Assembly (NCBI GenBank): GCA_963786725.1
Contig: CAWBAD010000002.1
Location: forward strand, 125,667-189,666
DNA from: an uncultured Actinomycetes bacterium
GTDB taxonomy: Bacteria > Actinomycetota > Thermoleophilia > Gaiellales > Gaiellaceae
Direction of reading: 5' to 3'
DNA length: 64,000 nt
Below the pieces are notes generated by a model. It did no database searches. It was given only the letters and a program-made list of their open reading frames with translations, and had not been told where the DNA came from. This document shows positions 1-10,966 of this stretch, one piece after another (positions within the stretch are counted from its first letter, which is position 1; the number at the start of each line of letters is the position of its first letter). The translations under genes and the position numbers were made by a program.

Positions 1-655
1 TCCACCCGCTCGACTGGCGGACGCCGGCCGGCGTGCTCGTGCCCGATCGGTCTGTCGCGCGCCGTCATGCTGCTTCGGCGGGTCGAGACTGCTCGCGCTC
101 GGCGCCTGGATCGTCGTATCGGCGGTGTTCCTCGTCGCGCAGCAGCCACTGCTCGACCATCACTTCGTGCTGCTTGCAGCCGCCCTCGCGGTACCCGCCG
201 GCGCGGGGCTCGGCGCGGCCGCCGCGCGCACGCCGGTACCGGCGCGCTACGCAGTCGCGGGCGTCGTTGCGGTGGCGATCGCCGTGGGCTTCGCCCAGGA
301 GGAGCGCAGGCTCTGGCGCCAGAACGGCGACCCGGCCGCCGTGACCTGGGCCGCCGAGCAGCTACGTCTGCGGACGTCAGCCTGACGAGCTCGTCGGCAC
401 GGACCTCCCCATCGTCGCCTACCTCGCCGACCGGCGCGTGCCCGGGCCAGCTGATCGACTCGTCGTTCGTGCGGCTCGGCACCGGCTCGCTGACGGATGA
501 CGAGATCCTCGACGAGCTCGAGCGGAACCGACGTTCGCGCGGTGGTCGTCGGCGCGGCTCTACGCCGAGCGGCCCGGCGCTGCTGGCGGCGCTGCGCGAG
601 CGCTATCCGACACGGCTCGAGCGACGACGGCGTCACGATCTATCTCGCTCCCTGA
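1..655 (+). CDS. membrane protein, 3' part only (cut by window edge); possibly GT-C/ArnT-like with a soluble C-terminal domain
   Basis: ORF 125..385 has a hydrophobic stretch (VLLAAALAVPAGAGLGAAAA...AGVVAVAIAVGF). After frame changes it continues ...GTDLPIVAYLADRRVPGQLIDSSFVRLGTGSLTDDEILDELERN...RERYPTRLE...VTIYLAP, ending at TGA 653-655. Function is guessed from context only. Confidence 0.3.
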
Positions 656-1724
656 GCTTCTCCTCGAGGATCGCGAGCCGCTGCGCGAGCGTGACGTTCT
701 GGTCGACGAGCTTCGAGATCACCGTCGAGTAGTCGAGCAGCACGAGCAGGATGAAGAACGTCGCCACCGCGAACAGCACGGCCGGCGGATACGTCTCGAC
801 GCCGAACCAGCCGGCGATCGTGTTCAGCCCGGAGCGCCAGAGCGAGAGCACGAGCAGCACGATCCCTGTCGCGAGCCAGAGCAGCGCGTAGCGCTCCTTC
901 AGCCGCCGCTTGCGGATCAGCTCGAGCACGACGAGCACGAGCAGGACCGAGGCGATCGCCGCCGCGATGGAGACGGTGAGCGGCGTCACCGCGTCTCCTC
1001 CGGCACGGCGTGGCCGGCGGAAGATCGCGACGAAGAGCGCGAGCAGCACCTTGGCCAGAAAGTACGTGGACTTGAGGACGCCATGGGACGACGTGCCGGC
1101 CAGCCGCTCGCGCATCGGCGCCGGCACCTCGACCCGTCGCAGTCGATGCTTGGCGACGAGCACGGTCGCCTCCACCTCCGGGAACTCGTGCGGGTAGTCG
1201 TTCGCGAAGAGCTCGATCGCGCGCCGGTTGAGCGCCTGGAAGCCGGACGACGGATCGGTGACGTGCTGCCGCGCGACGAGCGACGCCGCGCCGGCGAGGA
1301 TGCGGTTGCCGAGCTGCCGGTGCGCGGCCTGCCGGTAGCCGCCGTCGCCGAGATAGCGCGAGCCGACGGCGACGTCCGCCTCGCCGTCGAGCACGGGCGC
1401 GATCAGCGCCGGCGAGATGCGCCGCGTCGTGCTGGCCGTCCCCGTCGAGGCGCACCGCGAGCTCGAAGTCGTTCTCCAGCGCGTAGCGAAAGGCGGTCTG
1501 CACCGAGCCGCCGATGCCGAGGTTGTAGGGCAGGCGTGAGCACGCGCGCGCCCTTCTCCTCGGCCACCTCGGTCGTGCCGATCACCGGAGCCGTCGTCCA
1601 CGACGACGACCTCGAAGCCGGGGTCGAAGGCGCGGATCTCGTCGATCACGCGCGCGACGCTGCCCTCCTCGTTGTAGGCGGGAACGACGGCGATGCCGCC
1701 GGCGAGCGCTATGCCAGCCTGCAG
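633..1724 (-). CDS. GT2 family glycosyltransferase (DPM1-like) continuous with a DUF2304-like membrane domain
   Basis: IAVVPAYNEEGSVARVIDEIRAFDPGFEVVVVDDGSGD, then LPYNLGIGGSVQTAFRYALENDFELAVRLDGDGQHD (frame of ORF 640..1503), then APVLDGEADVAVGSRYL...SGFQALNRRAIE (ORF 633..1649). The C-terminal ~120 aa are TM helices (LLWLATGIVLLVLSLW, VLFAVATFFILLVLLDYS). At least 3 frame changes. Start unclear: no ATG/GTG/TTG follows the upstream stop (CTG 1722-1724?). Confidence 0.7.
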   Translation of the reverse strand: MQAGIALAGGIAVVPAYNEEGSVARVIDEIRAFDPGFEVVVVDDGSGDRHDRGGRGEGRARAHACPTTSASAARCRPPFATRWRTTSSSRCASTGTASTTRRISPALIAPVLDGEADVAVGSRYLGDGGYRQAAHRQLGNRILAGAASLVARQHVTDPSSGFQALNRRAIELFANDYPHEFPEVEATVLVAKHRLRRVEVPAPMRERLAGTSSHGVLKSTYFLAKVLLALFVAIFRRPRRAGGDAVTPLTVSIAAAIASVLLVLVVLELIRKRRLKERYALLWLATGIVLLVLSLWRSGLNTIAGWFGVETYPPAVLFAVATFFILLVLLDYSTVISKLVDQNVTLAQRLAILEEKLRERDRS

Positions 1725-1737
1725 GGTCGAGCGTCGG

Positions 1738-2590
1738 TCAGCGAATCACCTTCTCGATCGACAGCTCTCGCAGTGGAGTCGGCCCAAGGTAGTCGCACAG
1801 CTCGCTCAAGAGCGCGAATTCGTACCCTCTCGAGCGCAGGAAACGCAGCATCCTCTCGAGCAGCTCGAAGGCGGCACCGGCGTTGCGCCGCAGCAGCCGG
1901 CCTTCACAGCCGCCGATGTCGTACGGCAGCACGATGGACGTAGTGGTCGTATGGATGCGACAGCACGGCGATGTGATCCGGCAGCGGGAATGCCTTCATC
2001 AGCAGCTCGTACGTCCTCCAGCCCAGCATCTTGACGTAGCTCAGAGAGAAGTCCAGCCGCACACCCGAGAGGGCTCGCGAACGGCACCTCGATGATCGAC
2101 TTCGCGCCGCGCGTGATCCTGAACGGCGCGACGGACAGGTGCAGGTTGTTGTGCCCCCACTTCCCCGGCCGCAGCAGACGGATAGATGCTCGAGTCGTAT
2201 CGGAAGCCGAGATCGAGCAACGTGTCGAGACCCTCGCGCGTGAGCTGTCCGACCGGCGCGCGATAGCCGATCGGATCCCTGCCGGCGAACCCACGGAACG
2301 CGCTCACGGCCGCCTCGATATCGGCGCGCGAGCACGGATTCCGCAGGTCATGGGCATGCGAGTGAATCTCGAACTCCACCGGCATCAGCTCGCGCAGCCG
2401 CTCGACAGCTGTCGCCGTACCTGTCGAGTAGCGACGTGACGAGAAAGGCCGTGACCTTGACGCCGGTCCGTTCGATGATCCTGACGTACTGGCTCAGCAG
2501 CGCCTCGTCCTCGAACAGGCGGATACGCCCCTCCGGGTCGTCGAAGTCCGCCTCCACGTCCAGCGTGAGGCAGGCGATCCTTCTGCTCAT
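1738..2590 (-). CDS. polysaccharide deacetylase (CE4 family)
   Basis: MSRRIACLTLDVEADFDD from ATG 2588-2590, then FEIHSHAHDL, GYRAPVGQLTREGLD, and C-terminus RGYEFALLSELCDYLG...IEKVIR*. The pieces are spread over ORFs 2348..2749, 2041..2385, 1806..2294, 1904..2335 and 1738..1932. Confidence 0.75.
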
Positions 2591-3284
2591 GACCGCGGCA
2601 GGTTCGTGGCGAAGTCGAATGCCGAACGGCGGGCGAACCACACTCCCTCGAAGCCGTGCTCTGCGGCCATGCGCCGGAACTCGTCCTGCGAGTAGAGGTA
2701 GACGCCAGGGCATCGGTTGACGCGCAGGTACACCTGACGGAGGTACCACGTGCAGCCGGTTCCGCTTTCGTCCCTCGGCGTCGGGAAAGTCGATCAGGAA
2801 GTGCTCGTGTCGAACTTCCCGAGCAGCGCCGAGAGCGCCGGGGCATCGAAGTACTCGATCACGCCGAGCGCGGTGATCAGATCGACCTGCGGAAGCTCCG
2901 TCTCGGGATTGGTCACGTCCATGATCCTGAAGTCGAGCCGGTCGGCGGACGGGCTCTGCGGCGCTGCGCGTCGGCCGCCTCTATCGCGGCCGGAGAGACG
3001 TCGACGCCGATCACACGCTCCGCGCCGGCCGCCAGCAGCTCGAACGCAAAGCGTCCCGAACGCGCAGCCGATGTCGAGCACGCTGCCGCCCCGCGACGTG
3101 CGGGGAGACGAGCTGCAAGGCCGCGTCCATGCGGACGTACATCGCACGTCCCCGGAAGATCGACGACGTCCTGTCCCAGAGGGAAGGGCTCGTGCGCCGG
3201 TCCTTGTAGTACGGCGCCGGCTTCCCAGCTCAGCACGTGCTCCTGCCAGTACTTGCCGCTCTCGGACGTGGGCTCAGGTCCCAT
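2587..3284 (-). CDS. class I SAM-dependent methyltransferase
   Basis: SGKYWQEHVLSW..., VLDIGCAFG, FELLAAGAERVIGVDVSPAAIEAA, DRLDFRIMDVTNPE..VDLITALGVIEYF. Read in three frames (ORFs 2913..3284, 2794..3147, then ...HFLIDFPTPRDESG...YSQDEFRRMAAEHGFEGV...PRS*). Its TGA overlaps the deacetylase ATG (ATGA 2587-2590). Confidence 0.7.
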
Positions 3285-3302
3285 GCCGGCTCTCGAGAGG
3301 TC

Positions 3303-4517
3303 TCATTCACCGGCTCCCGAGACAGAGATCTCGAGCAGCTCGAGCAGGCGCCGCGCACGGTGGACGTACGTGTGCTCGTCGAGGGCGCGCTCGCGGGCGG
3401 CGCGGCCGAGCTCGCTCGGCCTGAGCGGGATCGCCGAGCAGCTCCTCGTACGCCGAGACGGCCTCGTCGGCGCTCGCGACGACGACGAGCTCGCGGCCGG
3501 GCTCGAACCAGCGCTCGATGCCCGCGTGCGGATTCGAGACGATCGTCGCGCCCGCCATCGCGAGCTCGAATGGGCGCGAGGTGGACGACATGGGCACGGT
3601 CGCGTGCGGACGGCGGGTGATGTTGAGGTTGATGCGCGCAGCCGAGATCGCGTTCGGAAAGACGTTGAACGGCACGTCGCCCGCATACCGCGCGCTGCCG
3701 ATGTCGCTCCGAAAGTCGTTGCCGCCGAGCGCGAAGTCGGCGTCGGCAAGGCGGCCGCTCGGCTCGACGACCATGCTCTCGATCCAGTCCGCGCGGAACT
3801 TCTCCCCGTAGCCGTAGAAGTAGACGTCGGTCGTCTTCTCGACCGGCAGCGGGCGGAAGAGCTCCGGGTCGGCCCCCCAGAAGATCGCCTCGGCGCGGCG
3901 GGCCCCGAGCTCGCGCAGTCGGCCGAGGCCCCCCTCCGAGTTGCAGACGACGAGGTCGTACTCGCCCGGTTCGGCGCCGTGGTAGTTGTTGAAGCCGGTG
4001 TCCATGCCGCCGTACTCGGGCAGGCTCATCGGCACGTCGCCGTCGTAGAACACGACCGGGATGGAGAAACGCTCGCGCAGCCGCTCGGGGAGACCCCGGA
4101 AGTGGCTCATCGGCACGCCGAACACGACGACGGCGTCGACGTCGCGCTCCCGCACGAGGATTCGCTCGAGATGGCGCTGCCAGCGTGGCGTCACCCAGCG
4201 CCAGATCGCCTGCGCGGACGAGCTTGTCCAGCGTCCTGTCGGGCGGGTGCTCCTCGCCGCGGCGGAAGTGCGTGTCTCCCATCGCCCGCGCGACGACGTC
4301 ACGGCCGCTCACGAAGAGCTCGCCCTCGCGGTAGCAGGGGTTCGGCTCGGTGCGCCACCACGGCGCCTCGATCGGGACGGCCGCGATAGGGCGTGACGAT
4401 GAGGTCGACGCCGGCCTCGTGCAGGCCCTTCCACAGCTGCCACCAAGCCGGCGTGCAGCCGTACTTGAAGTCGAGGTCGATCGCCGACGCGACGGCGAGG
4501 ATCTTCGGTGACTTCAC
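3303..4517 (-). CDS. CgeB-family / DUF3880-like glycosyltransferase
   Basis: GTG 4515-4517 gives KSPKILAVASAIDLDFKYGCTPAWWQLWKGLHEAGVDLIVTPY. The ORF 3307..4302 core reads GADPELFRP...VYFYGYGEKFR...ARINLNITRRPHATV..SSTSRPFELAMAGATIVSNPHAGIERWFEPGRELVVV. The tail ...HTYVHRARRLLELLEI is in ORF 3303..3749. Confidence 0.65.
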
Positions 4518-4597
4518 GGCGGGCAGTATGGCGACTCGCTCCGTTACAAAGACGTTCTGGTGCCAGGCACGAGTTACGTGTCTGTGCCAGCTTCGTG

Positions 4598-6121
4598 TCA
4601 GTACGCGCCCCGCTGCGAGATCACCGCCGGGATCGTGCGCGCGAGGATGGTGATGTCGAGCCAGATCGACCAGTTGTCGAGGTAGATAGAAGTCGAGCCG
4701 GACGAGGTCGTCGAAGGAGAGGTTCGAGCGGCCGGAGATCTGCCAGAGCCCGGTCATCCCCGGCAGCACGAGGTACCGCTTCAGGTGCCACTCCTCGAGC
4801 AGGCTGTAGTCGCGGGTCGGCAGCGGCCGCGGGCCGACGAGGCTCATCTCGCCGCGGAGGACGTTGACGATGTTCGGGATCTCGTCGAGCGAGAAGCGGC
4901 GCAGGAAGCGGCCGACGCGGGTGACACGCGGGTCGTCGCGGATCTTGAAGAGCGCGCCTGGGGCCTCGTTCGCGTCCTCGAGCTCAGACTGCTGCGTCGG
5001 CGGCGTCCGCGTACATCGTCCGGAACTTCAGCATCCCGAACTCCTGCTCTCCGAGGCCGACGCGGCGGTCGCTGTAGAACACCGGGCCGCGCGACGTGAG
5101 CTTCACGGCAGCCGCGATCGCGAGCCAGAGCGGCAGGCCGACGACGAGCACGACCAGCGACACGACGACGTCGAAGGCCGCGCTTCAGCGCCCAGTCGAG
5201 GCCGACGAGCACCGGCTGCCTGGATCTCGAAGAGCGGGATGCCCCTGGCCCGGGACGAAGTCCGCGTGCTTCGTCAGGAGCTCGGTCGTCCTCGGCGCGA
5301 TCCGGACGCGAACGCCGGAGCGGTGGGCCTGGTCGACGATGCTCGAGCAGCTCGCGTTCGCCGAAGTCGGAGTCGGTGACGATCAGCTCGTCGACCGGGT
5401 TGCTCGGCGAGGATCGCCCGCAGCGAGTCCGGCGCTGCCGAGCACCGGGAGCGGCAAGTCCGTCTCCTCGTCACTCGACACGATGCCCACGAGCTCGTAG
5501 TCGATGCCGCTGCGGCCCGCACCGAGCGTCCGGTAGAGATGGAGCAGGTGCTCGCCTTCGCCGACGAGCACGGCGCGGCGGCGGACGCCGAGCATGTGGA
5601 AGATCTCCTGCGTGACGACGTCGTAGCTCGCCCGGAAGAGGCCGATCAGCAGGGCGCGCGATCACCGCAGTGGTCGGGATGAGGCCGAAGGTCGAGAACT
5701 CGTGCCCGGTGCCGAGCCCGAAGGCGAACGTCAGCAGCGCGACGAGGAAGAGCGACGAGACGACCTGGCCGAAGCCGGCGCGGCGCTCGCGGCTCGCGTA
5801 CAGGCGCGCCTGCGAGAAGACGAGCACCGTGACGAGCGCGACGAACGGCAGCCACTCGCGCTCCGCCTCCCAGAGCACGCCCCAGAGAATCGGCGTGTTC
5901 CCGTAGTAGATCTCCCGCAGCGCGAGCGCGGCATAGAGCGCCAGCGCGAGGCCGCAGAGGTCGAGGAAGATGAGGAGGGCGACGCCGCCGACGCGGAAGA
6001 CGACGGTCCGCAGTTGCGAGCGAGCGACGACGAACGGCTTCGCGCGCCGGATGTCTCCGAGGTCGCGGCGTTCCTCCGGCGCGCCGGCGGGCTGCTCCGA
6101 GGGCGCAGGCTCGCTTGCCAC
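4598..6121 (-). CDS. polyprenyl-phosphate glycosylphosphotransferase, large WbaP/EPS-priming type
   Basis: GTG 6119-6121 is preceded by GGAG. The N-terminus has TM helices (VVFRVGGVALLIFLDLCGLALALYAALAL...) and a central Rossmann-like AVLVGEGEHLLHLYRTL. The C-terminus reads FDVVVSLVVL..., LKFRTMYADA, SLDEIPNIVNVLRGEMSLVGPRPLPTRDY, GMTGLWQISGRSNLSFDDLVRLDFYxLDNWSIWLDITILARTIPAVISQRGAY*. At least 5 frame changes. Confidence 0.8.
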
Positions 6122-6149
6122 GGAAGTACTCCAGTGTAGGGCGAACGCC

Positions 6150-6836
6150 CGCTGAGGGGCATCCACAGAGGCTTCTCGGAGTGCGTCGAGATCCGAGACC
6201 TCGCAGCGCCGCGACGAGCACCTCGAGCGCGATTCGCAGCGCCAATTCGGCGTTTCCGGGAGAGCAGATCCGTGTCGTGGAAGTACACGTGGACGTACGG
6301 CGGCAGCGTGCCGCTTGCGCCACGGGCGGCCATGCCGAGCGAGTGCGTCGCCGGCAGCTCGAGCAGGCGTCGGCCGTCCGGCAGCGTGAGCCAGGCGGGA
6401 CCGTCCGCCGCCAGTCGCGGCGCGCCATGTCCGAGATACGACGGGCGGAAAGCGGTGCCCGTGCAGTCGGCGTAGCCGAGCTCCGCCAGGACGGCGGCCA
6501 CGTCCTCGTCGATGTACCAGCCGCCACCGCAGAAGAGCCGCGGCTCGAGGCCGTGCTCGCGCATCCACAGCGCTTCGCGCCGGACGCGCTCGGCGTGCTC
6601 GCCGCTACCGGCCGCCGGCCGGGCGTGCGTGGGCCCGACGAAGTGCGTGTGATGGCCGAACGGCCCCTGCTGCGCGGCGGCGCGTGCCCGCTCGAGCCAG
6701 AGCTCTGCGTCCTCACCGGCGTCGGCGTCCGGCGGCCGCAACAGCGCCGCGATCGCGAAAGCCGCCCGGCGTTCCCTCCTGAAGCCGGGAGAACTGCCGC
6801 CAGCACTCGTCGTCGAGAGGTCGTTCGACGTGGCAC
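6150..6836 (-). CDS. hypothetical protein, possibly a deacetylase/esterase-like fold
   Basis: The frame of ORF 5731..6948 reads ...GPFGHHTHFVGPTHARP...REALWMREHGLEPRLFCGGGWYIDEDVAAVLAELGYADCTGTAFRPSYL...LLELPATHSLG...LPPYVHVYFHDTDLL. Both ends are uncertain. No minus-strand stop codon exists in any frame before the downstream gene start at 6121. Confidence 0.3.
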
Positions 6837-6863
6837 GAAACAACTGCGTACCGTTTGTTCGTC

Positions 6864-8706
6864 GTGTGCGGCATCTGCGGATTCCTAGCAGCCTCCGGCC
6901 CGGCGGACCGCGTCCCTCGTCGGGCGGATGAACGCTGCGCTCGTCCACCGCGGGCCGGACGAGGGCTCCGTCGACAGCTTCGGCCGCTGCGTCCTCGGCA
7001 ACCGGCGGCTGCGGATCATCGACCTCGTCACCGGCAGCCAGCCGGTCGCGAACGAGGCCGGCGACGTCGTCTGCGTCTTCAACGGCGAGATCTACAACTT
7101 CCTCGAGCTGCGCGAGGAGCTCAGCCGAAGCGCGGCCACGACGTCCGCGGCACCGGCGACACGCCGGTCATCCCGCATCTGTACGAGGAGCACGGGATTG
7201 GGTTCGCCGAGCACCTGTCGGGCATGTTCACGGTCGCGCTGTGGGACCAGAGGCGCGAGCGCCTCGTGCTCGCGCGCGACCGCGTCGGCAAGAAGCCGCT
7301 GCTCTGGACACGGCTGCCGGATGGCTCACTCGCCTTCGCGTCCGAGCTGAAGGCGCTCCTGACGCTGCCCGGCGTCTCGCGCGAGGTCGACCCGCAGGCC
7401 ATCGACGCGTATCTCGCTCTCCAGTACGTCCCCGGGGGCACCGGCCTGACGGGCGTCGAGAAGCTCCCGCCGGGACACGTGCTCGTCGCCGAGGGCGGCA
7501 GCGTTCGCGTCGAGCGCTACGCGAAGCTCGAGCAGCTGCGAGCCCGAGAGCGAAGGCGACTGGCTTGCACTCGTCCGCGAGCGGGTGGAGGCCGCGGTCC
7601 GGCGCCGCTTGATCTCCGACGTGCCGCTCGGGGCGCTGCTCTCGGGCGGCATCGACTCGAGCATCGTCGTCGGCCTCATGGCGCAGGCGTCAACGCATCC
7701 CGTGCGGACGTTCACGGTCTGCTTCGACGACGAGCGCTACGACGAGCGCCGCAACGCCCGCGCCGTGGCAGAGCGCTACGCGACCGAGCACGAGGAGATC
7801 GTGCTCGAGGAGGACGTAGCCGGCACGCTGCCGCGGCTCGCCGAGGCCTTCGACGAGCCGCTCGGGGACGACGCTGCGCTGCCGCTTGTACCTCGTGTGC
7901 GAGGCGGCACGCCAGCACGTCACCGTGGCGCTGACCGGGGACGGCGGCGACGAGTCGTTCGCCGGCTACGAGCGCTACGTCGCGCACGAGCTCGCCGGCC
8001 GCCTCCACGTGCCCGGCGCGGCAACGGCGGCCCGAGCCCTGCGCTCCCTCGGCAGGGAGCGGCGCTCGACGGCCGTGCGGGCAGCGCGTCTGCTGGAGGT
8101 CGCCGCCGCGGAGCCCGGCGAGCGCTACGGGAGGCTGATGGAGGTCTTCCCCGCAGAGGCTCGCAGCGAGCTACTCGACGCCGACTTCGTGCCACGGCCG
8201 TCCCCGGCGTGGCAGCTGCTCGGCCCTCCGCCGGCCAGCGGTATCGCCGGCCTGCAGCTGCTCGACGTCCAGACGTATCTCCCCGGCGACCTCCTGCTCA
8301 AGGCCGACATCGCCTCGATGGCGCATTCGCTCGAGCTCCGCTCGCCGTTCCTCGACTGGGAGGTGCTCGAGCTCGGCGTCTCGCTGCCGCCCGAGCTGAA
8401 GACGAAGGGCCGGCGCGGCAAGGAGGCGCTGCGGCGGGCGTTCGCGGCCGACCTTCCCGACGAGATCGCAGAGCGCGGCAAGACAGGCTTCGGCGTGCCG
8501 ACTCGCCGACTGGTTCCGCAACGAGCTCCGCGAGCTCGCCGGAGACGTGTTGCTCGACGCTCGCGCGCGAGGCCGCGGCCAGCTGCGACCGCGTGCGGTG
8601 GAACGGCTGCTCGAGGGACCACGTGGCCGGCCGCGCCGACCACGCACACGGGCTGTGGTGCCTGCTGATGCTCGAGCTGTGGCAGCGGACGCACCTCGAT
8701 AGATGA
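6864..8706 (+). CDS. asnB: asparagine synthase (glutamine-hydrolysing) family amidotransferase
   Basis: GTG 6864 gives (M)CGICGF with the Ntn-Cys. Further motifs: NAALVHRGPDE, NRRLRIIDL, PVANE, GMFTVALWD, SDVPLGALLSGGIDSS (PP-loop), ALTGDGGDESFAGYERY. It ends LWCLLMLELWQRTHLDR*. At least 6 frame changes across ORFs 6855, 6928, 7585, 7886 and a third frame. Confidence 0.85.
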
Positions 8707-9945
8707 CCCGCCGCCAGGCATACGTCGTCGTCGCGGCGGCGGCGGTCGTGCCGCGGCTCGCCGTCCTCCTCCACGAGCGCGGCGCCATCCTCGAGTCGTT
8801 CACCGAGAAGAGCGACGAGTTCGCCCGCACGTTCGTCGACCACGGGACGTTCGGCTTCCTCCCGGGCGAGCCGTCGGCCTGGACGCAGCCGCTCTACTCG
8901 TTCTTCCTGATCCCGATCTACTGGATCGTCGGGCGCGACTGGTGGTCGGTCGGGCTCGCGCAGATCGCCGTCGCCGCCGCTCACCGCGCTCGTCGTGTAC
9001 GAGACGGGGCGACGGTTCCTCTCCCATCGGGCAGGCCTCGTCGCCGCGATCGTGGCCACGCTCAGCCCGTATCTCGTCTGGCACGACGTCCACGTCAATC
9101 GCGAGTTGCTCGACCAGCTGCTGGCTGCGTTCGTCGTGCTGCTGACGCTCGTCGTCGGAGAGCGACGCGGCGGGCTCGTAGCCCCAGCGCTACTCGGGCT
9201 CGCCCTCGGGCTCGCGATCCTCGGCAACTCGCGCCTCGTGCTGCTCCCGCTCGTGATCGCCGGCTACCTCATCTGGCGCAGAATGGGCTGGCAGACCGTA
9301 GGCGTGGTGCTGGCCGCAGGCGTCGTCGCGGTCGTCCCCTGGCTCGTCCGCAACCAGGCGAACGTCGGCTGTTTCACGCTCACCACCGACTCGCGCGCGC
9401 TCTGGAAGGCGAACAACGCCAACACCTACCGAACACTCGCAAGCGGAGCCTGGATCGACGACGTCCCTAACCTCGCCGGCGCGCCACCATGGCCCGAGCT
9501 GGCGGCCGATCTCACGAAGGCCGGCACGCCGACGAGTGTCGACGAGTGCGCGCAGATGCGGCTCTACCGCCGCGAGGTGATCGACTTCTGGCAAGACCAT
9601 CCCGATGAGAAGGCGCGGCTGATGGGGCAGGCGGCCCGCATGCTGTGGGATCCGCGGTCGATCCGCACCGAGGGGCGGGCGGAGGCGGGCGGCCTCGTCG
9701 ACGACGCGCGAACGTGGGTGCAGCCGCCGTACACGATCCCGCTCTACGTGCTCGCGGTGATCGGCCTCTTCGTCATGCCGAGACGGATCGCCGTGCTCTT
9801 CGTCGCACTGCTCGCCTACAACACGCTTGCCGCGCTCGTGTTCGCCGGGGCGACGCGCTACCGCGTGCCGTGGGACTTCGTGCTCGCGCTCGCTGCCGGG
9901 GCGGCCGTCGTCTCGCTCCTCGACCGCTGGAAACCTGCGCGATGA
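8703..9945 (+). CDS. polytopic membrane glycosyltransferase, GT-C fold (GT39/PMT_2/ArnT-like)
   Basis: ATGA overlap with asnB. ...FTEKSDEFARTFVDHGTFGFLPGEPSAWTQPLYSFFLIPIYWIVG..., then ORF 8995..9945 carries many TM helices (LLGLALGLAILGNSRLVLLPLVIAGYLIW, VVLAAGVVAVVPWLVRN...). One frame change near 8990. Confidence 0.55.
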
Positions 9946-10966
9946 AGGTCGTCCACATCCATCGCATCGGGGGCATCGGCGGCTCTGAGCGTCACCTCTT
10001 GACCTTGTTGCCGGCGCTGGCCGCCAGGGGCGTCGACGTGTCGTTTCGTCGGGCTCGACATGCCCGGCGCGGACCCCTTCTACGACGAGCTCGGCGTGCC
10101 GTTCGAGCGCCTCTCGAGGTCGTGGCAGCTGCGGGGGGCCATCAAGCGCGCGAAGCCGGATCTCGTGCACACGCATCTCGTGCACGCCGACGTCTACGGC
10201 TCGGTCTCGACGCGCACGCCGATCGTGTCCACCAAGCACAACCCCGACCCGTTTCGCGCAGGGCCATGGCGCTTCGCCGAGCGCGCGCTTGGCCGCCGGG
10301 CGACGCGGATCATCGCCATCAGCGAGGCCGTTCGACGCTTCAACGTGGAGGACGTGGGGCTGCCCGAGGACAAGGTCGAGGTCATCCACTACGGGCTCGA
10401 CGCGTTGCCCGAGCCGTGGGCCGAGAACCCCGACCTGCCGATTCCCGAGGGCGTCGCCGCTGCTGCTCTGCGTCGCACGGCTCGCGCCGCAGAAGGGCGT
10501 CGACACGGCGATCCGCGCGCTGCCGACGATCCCCGACGCGACGCTGCTCGTGCTCGGCGAGGGACCTGAGCGGCCGCGACTCGAATCGCTCGCGCGTGAG
10601 CTGGGCGTCTCCGACCGCGTCCTCATGCCGGGGCGTGTAGGAGACGTCGCGGCCCTCTACCGGCGGTGCAACGTCGTCGTCCACCCCGCGCGGTGGGAAG
10701 GCTTCGGCCTCGCGATGCTGGAGGCGATGCTGGCCGGGAGGCCCGTCGTGGCGGCCGGTGCAGGCTCGGCCCCGGAGCTCGTCGCGGACGGCATGACCGG
10801 GTTGCTCTTTCCGCCTGACGATGCAGAGGCACTAGCGCGCGACGTCACCACGGTGCTGGCCGACTGGATGTACGGCACGCTCGGGCTCGGCCGCGCGCGG
10901 TCGCTGTTCTCAGTCGCGCGGATGACTCATCGCACGCTCGCGCTCTACGAGAGGGCCTGCTCGTAG
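9942..10966 (+). CDS. GT4 family glycosyltransferase
   Basis: MKVVHIHRIGGIGGSERHLL..., LLCVARLAPQKGVD, PARWEGFGLAMLEAMLAGRPVVAAGAGSAPELV (E-x7-E). ATGA overlap with the upstream gene. At least 2 frame changes. Confidence 0.8.

Noticed and set aside
661-670. Short palindromes at other convergent gene ends: tcctcgagga (661-670) and ccgctagcgg (53762-53771).
   Set aside because: These are 10-nt palindromes with no loop. They cannot form stable hairpins, and such sites are expected by chance in GC-rich sequence.
2656-4389. Long ORFs antisense to the genes I called, e.g. 2656..4389 (+), 16405..17799 (+), 18083..19111 (+), 34523..35977 (+), 39444..40541 (+), 19307..20119 (-).
   Set aside because: Their translations are low-complexity Arg/Ala/Pro/Gly-rich with no recognisable motifs. 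They lie opposite clearly conserved coding frames. These are typical shadow ORFs of high-GC DNA.
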